DNA of 64,000 nt from Carpediemonas membranifera BICM. Lineage: Eukaryota > Protista > Fornicata. This document shows, piece after piece, positions 1 through 11,100 of this stretch (positions are counted from its first letter, which is position 1; every line of letters starts with the position of its first letter). A program made the translations under genes and the position numbers. Under the pieces are notes generated by a model. The model searched no databases, had not been told where the DNA came from, and saw only the letters and a list, made by a program, of their open reading frames with translations. Location of the stretch: positions 423,605-487,604 of the forward strand of contig JAHDYR010000015.1 of NCBI GenBank assembly GCA_019828565.1. Direction: 5' to 3'.

Positions 1-237
1 TTCCAGTAGTAGCCTGCTCGCTAGTGCTGGCATGTTTGCCCTGGTCCACCCTGCCCATCTCACCAGTCTCTTGTACCTTTCGCTCTGCTCCTGTTTCCGC
101 CTTATGCAGGCCGACATAGGGTCCTTCCCACTTGCGATCCATAATCCCAGGTATCTCGCCTCCTTCTCTGGCAGTAGTGTTACCCCCTCGATCCTGACTA
201 GGGCTGTTCTGTCCACGCTAATCATTACATTCGTCAC
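1..237 (-). pseudogene. Fragment of a non-LTR (LINE) reverse transcriptase C-terminal region, running off the window
   Basis: Manual minus-strand translation gives VRIEGVTLLPEKEARYLGLWI, resembling the 'I.G..l......YLG' motif at the end of LINE RT domains; the frame stays open to base 1. Confidence 0.5.
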
Positions 238-1174
238 TGTCCCGTCAAGGGGCCTCGATGCCGGTCTTGGTAACCCTTGGCGGGCCAGCCTCCGTGCTTC
301 TTGGTGACCGATTCGCCCTCAGGCATGGATACTTAGGAGGGGGCGCAGTGGCGTGACCCCCCCTTTGGCTGCCGCCACAGCCCACTGGCAGTGCCCGTAG
401 GCTAATGCCAGGCCCTGGGTGGGAGCCAGGGCTTGTTAAAAGAAAAATAAAGACTGTCTCTGAAACTCTGCAATACGTTACTTTACTCCCTCCTGTTCCA
501 GTCTTGCGTTTACTGCGAGACTTGAGAGAGCAACCTGCTCGATGGCCATTCCACGTTCGTCGCTACTGTCATGCCACTGCCCCAGGTACCGCCTACTGAC
601 TGGGGTGTGTCGGCGGCGGCAGGGGGGGGCCTTCTCATCCGTGGACTGCCCGGCCACCCTCACCTGCCCCTGGTATTCTCTGATCTCTGCTCGGTCTCTG
701 CTCTTGATGTGCTGTTGTTGTCTGGTCTCAGCCTCTGAAAGGCAAAACTGTCGGTCTAGTGTGGCCGCTGTGGTCCATGCACGCTGCTGAATCTGCTGGA
801 GGTGCTGTTAGTATTTGTATGTTGCTGTTTGCTTTGGTCTCTGCTTATCTTTGAGGCATATCTGCATTTGGTCTCAGGATGTTCGTCGATGCACTGTCTC
901 TGAAAGCTTCCCGGATGGTCTATGTTGGTCATATGGTTGCTTACTATAAATATGTTCGTTATCTGCGGTCACTGTTTGTTTCTCTGTAATTCTCTGATAC
1001 TTTTGCTGCGATTCTTCGTTGCCATTTTCGCCTGCATGAAAAAAAGTTGGCTAATGTATCGTCCTGAAAATCGGTCAGCGTGGCCTTGTGCGGCTCCTGC
1101 AACTGTGTAGGGGTCTCAGTTTTCTTCTTTTTCTCTGGTTCGGCCGTAAACTGCGTTACGGCGAAATGGCGCAC

Positions 1175-1282
1175 TGTCAGCCATTTATATATGAGATACG
1201 TATTTGATACGGTCTTGATCCGTCCAGCTCGACACCCTTGTGTCGAGCTCTCTTTGTAAAGTCTTTTTCCTTAGTGATCACA
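1175..1282 (+). repeat. G1 5' LTR (108 bp)
   Basis: Direct repeat of 7503-7610; TGTCAG...GATCACA. Confidence 0.97.
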
Positions 1283-1302
1283 GTAAGCTTACTTCCAAAC
1301 TA

Positions 1303-2271
1303 ATGGATAAGGGACCTTTATGTACACAGCCTGAGATTCACGCAGTCCTCTCATTTGCCGAGAAATTGGATAAGCATGTTCGCGCGGGCGGAAAGAGGCG
1401 CTTGCTTAAGCGACTCGGACCCGCGGTGACCTCATACTGCAAGGCGATGGGTACTGATATTACCAGAAAGTATCAGGCCGCAAAACATCACGATGATGGC
1501 TCCAAAAGAACGAAGCACGAACGCGAGGACATCGTATTCCAGGCGATTGTGGACATTGTTAAGCCCTCCGATGCGATCCTTGAGCGCCGCCTTTTCGACC
1601 TATCGACCACTGGTATCGATATTGGCCGCCTATCTCTCTATATCGACCGCTTCGCTTCCCGCCGCCGTCTCATTGCACCCACGGGCAAGGATTCAGTCCT
1701 TCGCGGCCAGTTTTTGCGCGGAATCCAAGACGAAACGCTCAGAGAGGAGGTTTCTCACGCCTCCAAGGGTCTGTCACTTGACGCGACCTTTTCGACCGCC
1801 CTCCTGACATGTAAGCGTCTGGAGGAAGCAATCAAGCTCACTTCAACGTCCAAGCCTGCCCCTGCTCAAGAGCGCGAACGCTCTAAGCAGTCCGCTGTCC
1901 GCAAACGCCCCCCGCGTGAGCAGCGCGAGCCTCAGGATCAGCCGCGCCAAGACAAGCGGCAGCAACACCAGCCCCGCCAGTATCAGACGCACTTCCACCA
2001 GCAAGGCCAACGTCACGGTCAGCGTCAGCAGCAGACGCAACACCACGGTCACCAGCGAGACATCGTATGCTTTAACTGCGGCAGGCCGAACCACCGCGCT
2101 TTCGAATGCACCAGAGAGAAGGCCGTGTGCGCGAAGTGCGGCAAGTCGGGGCACCTAGACAAGTTCTGTCAGGTAAACCCCAGATCATGCTTCTCTGTCT
2201 CTGTTTCTACGTCGGCGGCTGAAGGCCAGCGCTCCCCTACCCGTCGTGAGTGCCGTCGTCCCTATGGGTAG
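1303..2271 (+). CDS. gag: G1 Gag with two CCHC zinc knuckles
   Basis: CFNCGRPNHRAFEC and CAKCGKSGHLDKFC; first ATG after the LTR is at 1303. Confidence 0.92.
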   Translation: MDKGPLCTQPEIHAVLSFAEKLDKHVRAGGKRRLLKRLGPAVTSYCKAMGTDITRKYQAAKHHDDGSKRTKHEREDIVFQAIVDIVKPSDAILERRLFDLSTTGIDIGRLSLYIDRFASRRRLIAPTGKDSVLRGQFLRGIQDETLREEVSHASKGLSLDATFSTALLTCKRLEEAIKLTSTSKPAPAQERERSKQSAVRKRPPREQREPQDQPRQDKRQQHQPRQYQTHFHQQGQRHGQRQQQTQHHGHQRDIVCFNCGRPNHRAFECTREKAVCAKCGKSGHLDKFCQVNPRSCFSVSVSTSAAEGQRSPTRRECRRPYG

Positions 2272-5268
2272 CGACGAATCTACCACATGGCACCGTGTCT
2301 TATTCGACTGTGGTGCTGACATTTCTCTTGTCAACCCGGCTTCCGCCAGAGCGGCCGAGCTCATTCCGACGAAGCTCGCTGCACCCATTAAGATCAAGAC
2401 TCCGGGTGGAACGATCGAGACTGATACGTGTTATGAGGTGCCGTTGAAGATGTGTAAGTCACCTTTCACCCCGAAAGGTCTATCCACCACAGTCTCCGCG
2501 TATGGGGTTGACTGTGCTTATGATCTCCTCTTGTCATATCAGACCATGGTCGAGTGGGGTATTCTCCCTAGCTTGTGTGAACCGTCTCAGTCTGACAATG
2601 AAGACGCCTTGGAGCCTTTCGTGCCAGAGCCTGAGCCGCTCCAGGCGTATACTCTGTCTTCGGACTACACTCTCACTCATGACCGCATCCTCGCAGCTTA
2701 TGCTCATTGCTTTGATGCTCGAGAAGGGTTCTCAGCATTAGAGCCATACGACCTCGTACTCAAGGAGGACCGCGTCGTCGCCACGAGATCCAATTACATA
2801 CCGTACCAGAAGCAGGGCCTGTTCGACGAGCACGTCAACGAACTACTGTCGAAGAAATACATCGAGGCCAGCTTCTCGCCATACTCTTCTCCAGCATTGC
2901 TCGTCCCCAAGGGCAAGGACAAGACCAGGATGGTCGTCGACTTCCGCAGAATCAACGATTTGACCACGCCATTCGACTATCCGATCCCCGAGGTTAACAC
3001 GTGCTTGACCAGGCTTGCTGGTGCCAAGGTCTTCGCCACTCTCGACCTCTCGAAAGGGTATCACCAGGTCGAGCTGACCGAGCGTTCTAGGCAATACACG
3101 GCGTTTATGACCCCCCCGTGGGAAGTTCCAATACACCGGAATGCCGTTCGGCCTGAAGAACGCTGGCGCGCACTTTCAGTACGCGATTGAGCGCGGGTTC
3201 CAGGACCTCTTAGGCGACGCCTGCATTATATATATAGATGACATTATCATCTTTGGACGCTCGGAGCAGGAATATCTGGCCAACCTCGCTAAGGTGCTCC
3301 GCCGATGTGACGAGCTCAAGCTATCGTTGAACAAGGAGAAGTCGCATTTCGGCCTAGCCGAAGTGGAGTTCCTAGGATGGGTTGTGTCCGGCTCGGGTTT
3401 CCGGATTGCTCCAGACAGGATCCGCGATGTAGAAGGCCTGCGGCTACCGAAGACGAAGAAGGCCACGCAGGCCCTTATGGGATTCCTCAACTTTATGAGA
3501 GACTTTGTTCCTAACTTCTCCGAGCTTATCCGACCGTTAGCCCGGGCGGCAAGCGGCAAGGAGGCTCCGGACGGATTACCTCAGGCAGAGGCGCTGGCCA
3601 AGGTTAAGGACCGCCTCTGCCACGCACCGGCACTCGAGCACTTTGACGTTTCGAAGGATCATGTGGTCATGACAGACGCGTCTGATCTCGGGATCGGGGG
3701 TGTTCTCCTCCAGGACGGCAAGCCGGTGTGTTATATGTCCCACGCGTTCTCAGATGTGCAGACGCGTTGGAGCACGATCGAACAGGAAGCGTATGCGATT
3801 GTCACCGCCCTCCAGAGGTGGCGCCGTTTCCTGTGCTGGACGTCGTTTACTCTCCTCACTGACCACCGGAACCTGGTCTACATGTCACGATCGTCTAACG
3901 CAAAAGTCCAGCGTTGGTACGAGTCAATCGCAGACCTAGACTTCACAGTGAAGCATGTGGCCGGGGTTGACAACGGAGCGGCGGACGGGCTGAGTCGAGT
4001 CTTCTCCGCAACTGCCAGACAGGCAACAGCTACCGATGACGAGATCCAGGCAGCTCATATGCACGGCCAGGCCCACCTCCCGGTTTATACGACGGTAGAG
4101 TGGCTGAGATCTAACGGGCTCCGGGCTCCAGTGGATAGGGTAGCGCGGGTCATGGATCGTTGCCCCGTGTGCCAACTTACCGCCAAGCCGGCCGAGGCGT
4201 CCAGACCGTACCTCCACACGGCGAGCCTGCGACCGTTCCAGCGGGTAGCCATGGATACTATTGGCCCCCTACCAGAGTCTCGCGGGTACAAGTTCATCTT
4301 AGTTATTATTGATATGGCCTCGCGGTGGACCGAGCTCGTCCCACTCAAGTCCACAAGGGCGGACGAAGCTGTGACTGCCTTCGTCAACGGATGGATTCTC
4401 CGGTACGGCGTGCCCAGAGTTCTACAGACAGACGGTGGCAAGCAGTTCGTCAACAAGCTATTCACAGATCTATCGGTGCGCGTAGGGTTTGCTACTCACG
4501 TCACCACCCCCGTACCATCCACAGTCAAACGGCATTGTGGAACGGGCGAACAGCCGCATTGAGCGCATTTTACGCAACAGGCAATACCAGCTTCGGAGCG
4601 AGTTGTGGTCAGACTCCCTCCCTGTCGCGCAGTATATCGTCAACGCGTCTCCCCACACCGCGACACGCTTAACACCGGCCGAGGTCATCTTCGGTAGCGA
4701 TTTCCGTGTCCCGGCAGACGTGATGATGGCAGACGTCCAGAGTATGGCTGGACAGCCCAGCAGTAATGTTCAAGCAGCTCAGTTAGCCCGAGACTTGGCA
4801 GAGGCGAGAATCAAGGTCATGCACCAAGATGCGCTAGACAAAGTGTCAGCAACGACACCTATCTCGTCCGACTATGTGTTGGTCAAGTACCCGAATGGAC
4901 CGCCGTCCAAGTTGGCGTCAGGATGGCGAGGGCCTATGAAGCTAGTGCGTCCTATCGTGAGGCAGAACCTCACGGTGGGCTATGTCGTCAAGGATGTCAA
5001 CACAAAGAAGGAGTTCCAAGTCGCCTCGGAGAGAGTTCGCGCCTTTATGGGTGAGTTGTCCGAGCAACGGGCCCAGGAACTCGCGGCAGTCACGCTCGGT
5101 GAATATCTGGTCGAGTCCATACTAGAGTCGACGAGTGAGGCCAGGATGAGAGACAGGAAGTTCCGGGTTAGATGGCTGGGATATGAGCCGTCAGAGGACA
5201 CATGGGAACCATATGGGAATGTCAAGGGTTGTGAAGCACTGGATGTATTCCTGGGAAGGGCCAAGTAA
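2246..5268 (+). CDS. pol: G1 Pol (protease, RT, RNase H, integrase, chromodomain), split by frameshifts near 3115 and 4508
   Basis: LFDCGAD protease, LDLSKGYHQ/YIDD RT, TDAS...EAYA...TDH RNase H, DTIGP...TDGG...ER integrase, VRWLGYEPSEDTWEP chromodomain, across ORFs 2246-3190, 3141-4562 and 4489-5268. Confidence 0.95.
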
Positions 5269-5297
5269 ATGGCGCCCAGAGAGAGTCACAATCTGAT

Positions 5298-6626
5298 TTA
5301 TTCAATGGCACCAAGGCTGTCACCAAGCTCAAAGAAGATGCCGTCATGCTCCCAGCGCCGACGAACACGACGCCATAAGTTATGCTCGTTGAGATAACGA
5401 GTGACAGGCATGGTGCGGCAAAGATCCTGGGTCAGGAAGGTCAGTGACGGCAGCGGATAGCCCGAAAACTGGACGAGCAGGATGAACGACTCCTCCTGGC
5501 GGGCGTTCTCGTAGAGCTCGATGTGCTCTTTGACCTCCACCACACCGTACGCGGCGGACGTGTCCGTGAGCTGGAGCGTGAACAGCTCCTTGTTCATGGC
5601 AAGCTCCATAGCCGGGAGATGCTCAAGCCGGACACAGGTCCAATAGGCCCGAACGAAGTCGCGGGAGCGGGTGGCGGTCAGGCGCGAGGCACCGCGGTTC
5701 TCAGCCGCCATAAGCAGCGAGAACATGGCTGGGTGTCGGCCTGCCATCACCACGCGCTTGAGGAGGTCCACCACCACATCACGAGAGACCGTGGCACCCG
5801 GCTCTCGAGTGCGCTTCAGCGCCAGGAGGGCTCCCTCAGCTGTGGCGACGTGGTTTGTGGCAAACCGGTCGCTCGTCCCGCCCTGGACCAGAGCCGCGGC
5901 TACGGCGCGAGTGTCTTGGACACCCTCCATGGAGCGCTGGAGAGCGCACCCGATGGCCGTCACCTCCGCGAACCGACGAAGGATGTCGGCAGAGACGTAA
6001 GCAGCCGTGACCTCGGTCATAGCGCTGCCGAAGAGCTTCCCGGTCTGAACTCGGTCGAGGAGGGCTGTGAAATTGACTTCGAAGCAGTTGGAGAAGCGAG
6101 CAGTGCTGATCTCCGCAAAGGTGGTGCGGAAGGTCTCGACCTGACGCTGCTCGCGTGCCGGAAGAGGTTCGGCGGGCTCGGTCGGCTCGGCGACGGTCAC
6201 AATAGCCCTAGGGGTTTCGACATTGGCGCGGTAGCGGGTCTGTCGGTGGAATGGGCGGACAGGGACCTCTACGACACGCTGGTTGAACTCAGCGCCCAGC
6301 TCACTCGTGCGGGTGATTGTGGTCTGAGCAGATTCGGGATGGCAGTCGGTGATGTGCCGTCCGGAGCGTCGAGGTCGGAGAACGGTGCGATCGGGAGCTG
6401 AACCAGCTTCTTGGTGCGAAATGGCATCACCATCGGTGTTCTCAGCGGTGTTTTCAGTGGATGGAGGCGTGTGAGAACCTTCAGTAGCTTCCTGGGAGCC
6501 GTCACCATTCAGCAGCTCGACATGCTTTCGCTTCAAGGCCTGAAGATCGGAGATGAGCACACCAGTAGGATTGGCCGTCATATACTGGTCGATTGCAGCA
6601 AAGAGTTCCTCCTCTACGTTTGTCAT
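5298..6626 (-). CDS. G1 antisense accessory protein (unknown domain plus C-terminal chromo-like domain)
   Basis: Long ORF convergent on pol, inside the LTRs; first ATG at 6626, downstream of TTATATAA; similar to 31530-32366 and 37525-37928. Confidence 0.8.
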   Translation of the reverse strand: MTNVEEELFAAIDQYMTANPTGVLISDLQALKRKHVELLNGDGSQEATEGSHTPPSTENTAENTDGDAISHQEAGSAPDRTVLRPRRSGRHITDCHPESAQTTITRTSELGAEFNQRVVEVPVRPFHRQTRYRANVETPRAIVTVAEPTEPAEPLPAREQRQVETFRTTFAEISTARFSNCFEVNFTALLDRVQTGKLFGSAMTEVTAAYVSADILRRFAEVTAIGCALQRSMEGVQDTRAVAAALVQGGTSDRFATNHVATAEGALLALKRTREPGATVSRDVVVDLLKRVVMAGRHPAMFSLLMAAENRGASRLTATRSRDFVRAYWTCVRLEHLPAMELAMNKELFTLQLTDTSAAYGVVEVKEHIELYENARQEESFILLVQFSGYPLPSLTFLTQDLCRTMPVTRYLNEHNLWRRVRRRWEHDGIFFELGDSLGAIE

Positions 6627-7502
6627 AGCGCCGTTTGAAATCTGGGAGGCGTCCCAGATTTGATTTACATGTATACATGAGTTATATAATCTCAGGAGGA
6701 CACCCACCGCGCAAGTTACAGACGCTGAGCACGCCTGTATAGCCAATACTGGCCAAGGGACAGCCGTTCACGTATTCTCTCGCGCGTTTTATGCCGAGAC
6801 GAGATCTCGAGGAAAAGGGGAAGAAAACACCTCCAAGAAGTGATAATGGACAAAGTTTATACGAAGAACGTGGTTTTGATGTTGGTTATTCATGATGGAG
6901 CTCGTATTCTGGGCACAAGAAGTCCGAGCGGAGACGAAGAGAAGAAAACTCCCGTATCTCGCCAAGGAAGCGGAATTGGAGCTAGTTAACTGCATTTTTG
7001 AAGCCTATGTAAGAAATAGCGGAAGAGGAGCACAAACCGCCAACTATTCCGAATCAAGCCGAATGCATGACATAACCTGCACGGTTTGATGCAATCAGAC
7101 AGAACACTGGTATGTATCGACTACTAGGAGGGGCAGGATCCCCAGGTAAGATACCCATGACACAGCGCGCTTATTTAGTGGTACCACGAGTCTTTTCGAA
7201 TCTGTAGAATCTTTGCGCAATCTAGAAAATCTTTAGAGAATTTCCGTGGGTGGACTCCACGCCGGGCGATGGCTTAGGACGCTATGTCGTCAGCCTAGTC
7301 AACGGATACTATCCGGCGTACACGCAAGTCCCGTGTGCGCGACGGTCAGCCCTCTAAGTTGAACTTAGTTGGCATCCCCGGATCACTGGTCATTCCCCAG
7401 CGATCGACGGTTATAGGGTCAGCACTCTTGGGCTGTTCCCCCAAGACCTGATTAACAATGGTATCCTTTTCGTGATGCTCTTAACAGAGCATGGGGGGGA
7501 AG

Positions 7503-7610
7503 TGTCAGCCATTTATATATGAGATACGTATTTGATACGGTCTTGATCCGTCCAGCTCGACACCCTTGTGTCGAGCTCTCTTTGTAAAGTCTTTTTCCTT
7601 AGTGATCACA
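7503..7610 (+). repeat. G1 3' LTR
   Basis: Identical to 1175-1282; preceded by GGGGGGGAAG PPT. Confidence 0.97.
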
Positions 7611-8176
7611 GCACTGTCCAAAAATGCACGCTGATTTTCTCGCTGGGTGGTCTCGGGATTTTAGGACTGACTTCACTCCAGGTAGTGCCTACATGAGGGC
7701 TATCTTTGGTCTCTGTGCCTCTGCTTGATCACTCCTCCTTCACCGTGAACATGCCAAAAACCAAAAGTGGTCGCGGCTTCTCGGTGTTCTCTGTGGGTTT
7801 CCCTGCTTTCTCTGTTAAATCTCTGTTCATTATCCTCTTATAGTGTCTCTGTGTTGGGCGTGGAGCTCCCACTCGCGCCCGGCGGAGATCCATGAATGCA
7901 CCTTTGAGTTTGGCGGACAGGAAGCTGAGGCCGCTCCTTCTGAGCTGATGGGGGCGCTGTACCAGTTTACTGGGACAGGCCGTTGGCCTTTTATCCATCC
8001 CCGAACATAGTCTTTCGACTTAGCTGAATTCGATGGCGGACTGACTAGGCAGACACTCACATTCACTTATGAATTCTCCTGGGGCTTCCCGCCCGCACGC
8101 CTACACCATCCCGATGGTGACCATTCAATCTTTATGGACCACTCGTACCCGTACGAGTAAAGGAAGGAGACGACTG

Positions 8177-11100
8177 CTATTCGAGGTGCGCGAACCATTC
8201 GCACCTCGTCACAGCTGTCTCCTGGTCGAGCCGCACCGCTTCGGCGATGTAGCTCTGGAGGGAACTCTCGGACTTCCAAGTACCGAGGGCCATGACCACT
8301 GGAGTGGGCATTCCGCGAAGTACAGCGTCCGCTGCGGCCCCGCGACGGAAGCTATGGGATCCAACTGGGTCTCCAAAGACCTGCTTCAGCTTGTCTTGGA
8401 GCATAGCGGGGGGCAACGGCCCTCGGTCCAGCCTCGACCCATCGAGGTTGGGGGACTTCCAGATGGTGGCGTCTCTGTCCTGGCACCAGCGCTGCAGGTG
8501 AGCCATGAGCATCCCTGCCGGATTGAGCGCGCCTTCGACCCACGGGATGAACTTCTTAACTGCGCGAAGCCCTGTCTTGGTGGAGTCGATGGTGATAGAG
8601 ACGCCGAGTCCTGCTTTCACCCTGATATCCCGAGGAGTGAGGGGTAGGATCTCACTGCGCCTCGACATTGTTGCGTAGGCAACGACGCCGAATAAGAAGG
8701 CTTGGTGGAACTCCTCGTCGCGGCCGGCGAGTTTGGGGATCAGGCGGTGGATGCGTGCAGCCCGCACTGGGACCTTGCGTTGCGGCCTGGGGACTGTAGC
8801 GCGCTTCGCTTCGGTGATGAATGCCTTTTGAGCAGCTGGGGGTGCCCACGTTGATACCAGGGGTGCAAACCTTACCACCAGCGAGCCCCGGTGCGCCAGA
8901 CGGTCTGGGCCTACTAGCTCAGCCTCGCGAGCGAGCCACGCCAGGAATGTGTCGCGGTCCGATGCCGGGTTGGCCTCTCGGAAGGTCAGGAACTGGGAGA
9001 CGACACCCGCCGTGTCACGCCTGGTCGTTGCCACGTAGCCTTTGAGCTCGTCTAGACCTAGTACTGCGTTGAAAGCGGCGTCGTCGGCACGAAGACGGCG
9101 AGGAGCCGCGGCTTTTCCCCCACGAGGATGTTCTGGAGCTCTGAGTCCTTCATGTCCTCCGCGTAGACCCTGAACGTTCTCTTGAAGGGGGAGAGGCCCT
9201 TGATGCGGCGTACCGCCTCGGACTGGACGTCGGGCATCACCACGACCACTGCAGACTTGGTATGCCTCGGATGTGAGGCTGGTGAGGCGCGAATGAGGGC
9301 CAGTCGGTTGGCTACGGCTGGAAGAAGGGCGTATGGTGGTGCTGCGAAGACTCTCTTGCTGCGCCACTCCGAGCTCATGCCGCTCTCGGCCAGCGTGAGC
9401 GAACGCTCGACGAAGCCGGGAAGTAGTAACTCCTTGTCCCTCCCACCAGTCACGTCGACCTCGAGAGGGCCCCACTCCTCCAGTATGGCAGCGAGGATCC
9501 CTCGTGGTGTCCGCCATTCCAGTCGCTGGTATCTCGACAGAGCATCTGCGGAGACATTGAGGTGCCCGCTGACGTGCTGGGCTCTCAGTGTGATCTGGCA
9601 GGCGGCCAAGCGGGAAAAGAGGGTGAGACAAGCGTCCTGGATCATCGGCGGGGCTCGCGTTGATCCCTGCTTGTTCAACCAGGCGCAGGCGTTGCTGTTG
9701 TCGATGAATACGGTGATCTCCCCTGTCCGTTAGATGTGGAAGGAGGGTCTCCACGGCGTTCGTCGCCGCAAAGAACTCTTTCACCGCAATGGACTCGTTC
9801 TGGAGCGGGCTGTTGGGGGAGACGGAGGAGGATACGATCGTCTGCTTGCAGCCGTCCCTGATAATGGCAGCTAAGCCCTTTTCTGAGGCGTCCGACTGGA
9901 TGTGGATGTCGATTGCCGGGCTTGCGCCCCACATGCTGATCAGGGAGTCGAAGGAGCGGGGAGGATGATCTTCGCTGCTCAGCAGTTGCTTCCAGTACGA
10001 TAGGGCCTTGAGGACGGCTTTCGTAAAGCCTTTCTCCGTCTCGGTGGCTGTCTGAAGAGGTCTCAGCCATGCGCGGCCGTCGGGGAAGCACAGAGATGCG
10101 AAGGATAGCTTCCCGATGAGGGATTGCCACCTCTTGTTGCTCATATTGCCTTCTATCAGCGCACTCTCGACCAATTGGCGGTATCTGCTGCGCTTCTTCG
10201 AGTCTAGGGAAATGACCCGAGCAGCTGAGTCGATGCGCATGCCGAGGTATGTCAGGACTGTGGTGGGCTCTAGGACTGACTTGTCGTGGTTGATGATAAA
10301 GCCTAGCTGATTCATGATGTCCAGGAGGCGCTGGCGCTCGCGCAGAAGGGCCTTCTTCTTCCCGAAGAATAGAAGGTCGTCCAGATAGACGGCAACTCCT
10401 ACACCGCGGCAATGGCGCTTGATAATCTTCGCTACGGTAATCATGATCTTCTGGAAGTAGAATGGCGCCGCGGACCATCCGAATGGGAGGACTGTGAACT
10501 GATAGTGGACGCCGCGGTGAATAAAGCCTAGGAGGGACTGCGATGATGGGTGAATGGACACGTGGTGGTAGCCTGCATGGAGATCTAGCGACATCATCAT
10601 GTCTCCTGGCGCAAGGCTTAAAACTGCTCTCTTGGCACCGAACAAGCGGAACGTACGGCGCTCTTTGGAGACCTTGTTGAGCGGTATGAGGTTGTGGACT
10701 GCTCTCCATTTGTCTGTACCCTTCGGGACTGGAAAGAGAGGACATGTGAGCTTCGGTGGTGATGAGACGCGGTGTATGGCACCCGATGAGAGCATTTCGC
10801 GCACCAGCGGATCGAGCTTGGCTAAGTCCTTCTCTGGGAGATGGAATATTCGAGGATTGCTCGGTTGTTGTGTCAGTTCGATGGGTATGCCGTCGCCAAC
10901 CCAAGAGACCATGTCGGATGGCGCTCCCAAGCGCCGCCACGCGGCCACTGAGTGGCGGAGAGAACCCGCTCGACGGGTTGTGGGGAGTGGTGGTTCGGTT
11001 GATTGATGGTCTTGCACAATTAGTTTTTTTCTGGGGCGCTTATCGCTCTTGGGGGCGACTCTGGCACTGGAGCGGGCCTCTGCGATGAGGACGGTGAGGC

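Larger units (their letters stand above)
1175..7610 (+). mobile_element. G1: full-length Ty3/gypsy chromodomain LTR retrotransposon with antisense accessory gene
   Basis: Identical 108-bp TG...CA LTRs (1175-1282, 7503-7610), 4-bp TSD GCAC (1171-1174, 7611-7614), polypurine tract 7493-7502, gag-PR-RT-RH-IN-chromo order. Confidence 0.97.

Noticed and set aside
240-1174. Host gene or structured RNA left of G1
   Set aside because: Only short broken ORFs and GC-rich stems with no recognisable family
2170-2185. Conserved GTAAA at the gag end of G1, G3 and G6 as a splice donor or poly(A) signal
   Set aside because: Equally explained by a conserved Val-Asn dipeptide after the zinc knuckles; cannot be separated without transcript data
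3105-4515. Programmed frameshifts inside pol genes (also near 16390, 19800, 29770)
   Set aside because: They fall mid-domain, mostly in C/G homopolymers, and at different places in each element, while G6 pol is uninterrupted; sequencing indels or decay are more likely
5523-6401. Many 60-300 aa ORFs opposite or overlapping real genes
   Set aside because: Shadow ORFs expected from GC-rich codon usage; no motifs and no conservation between related elements
5298-6746. env gene in the post-pol position
   Set aside because: Antisense orientation, and no evident signal peptide or transmembrane anchor
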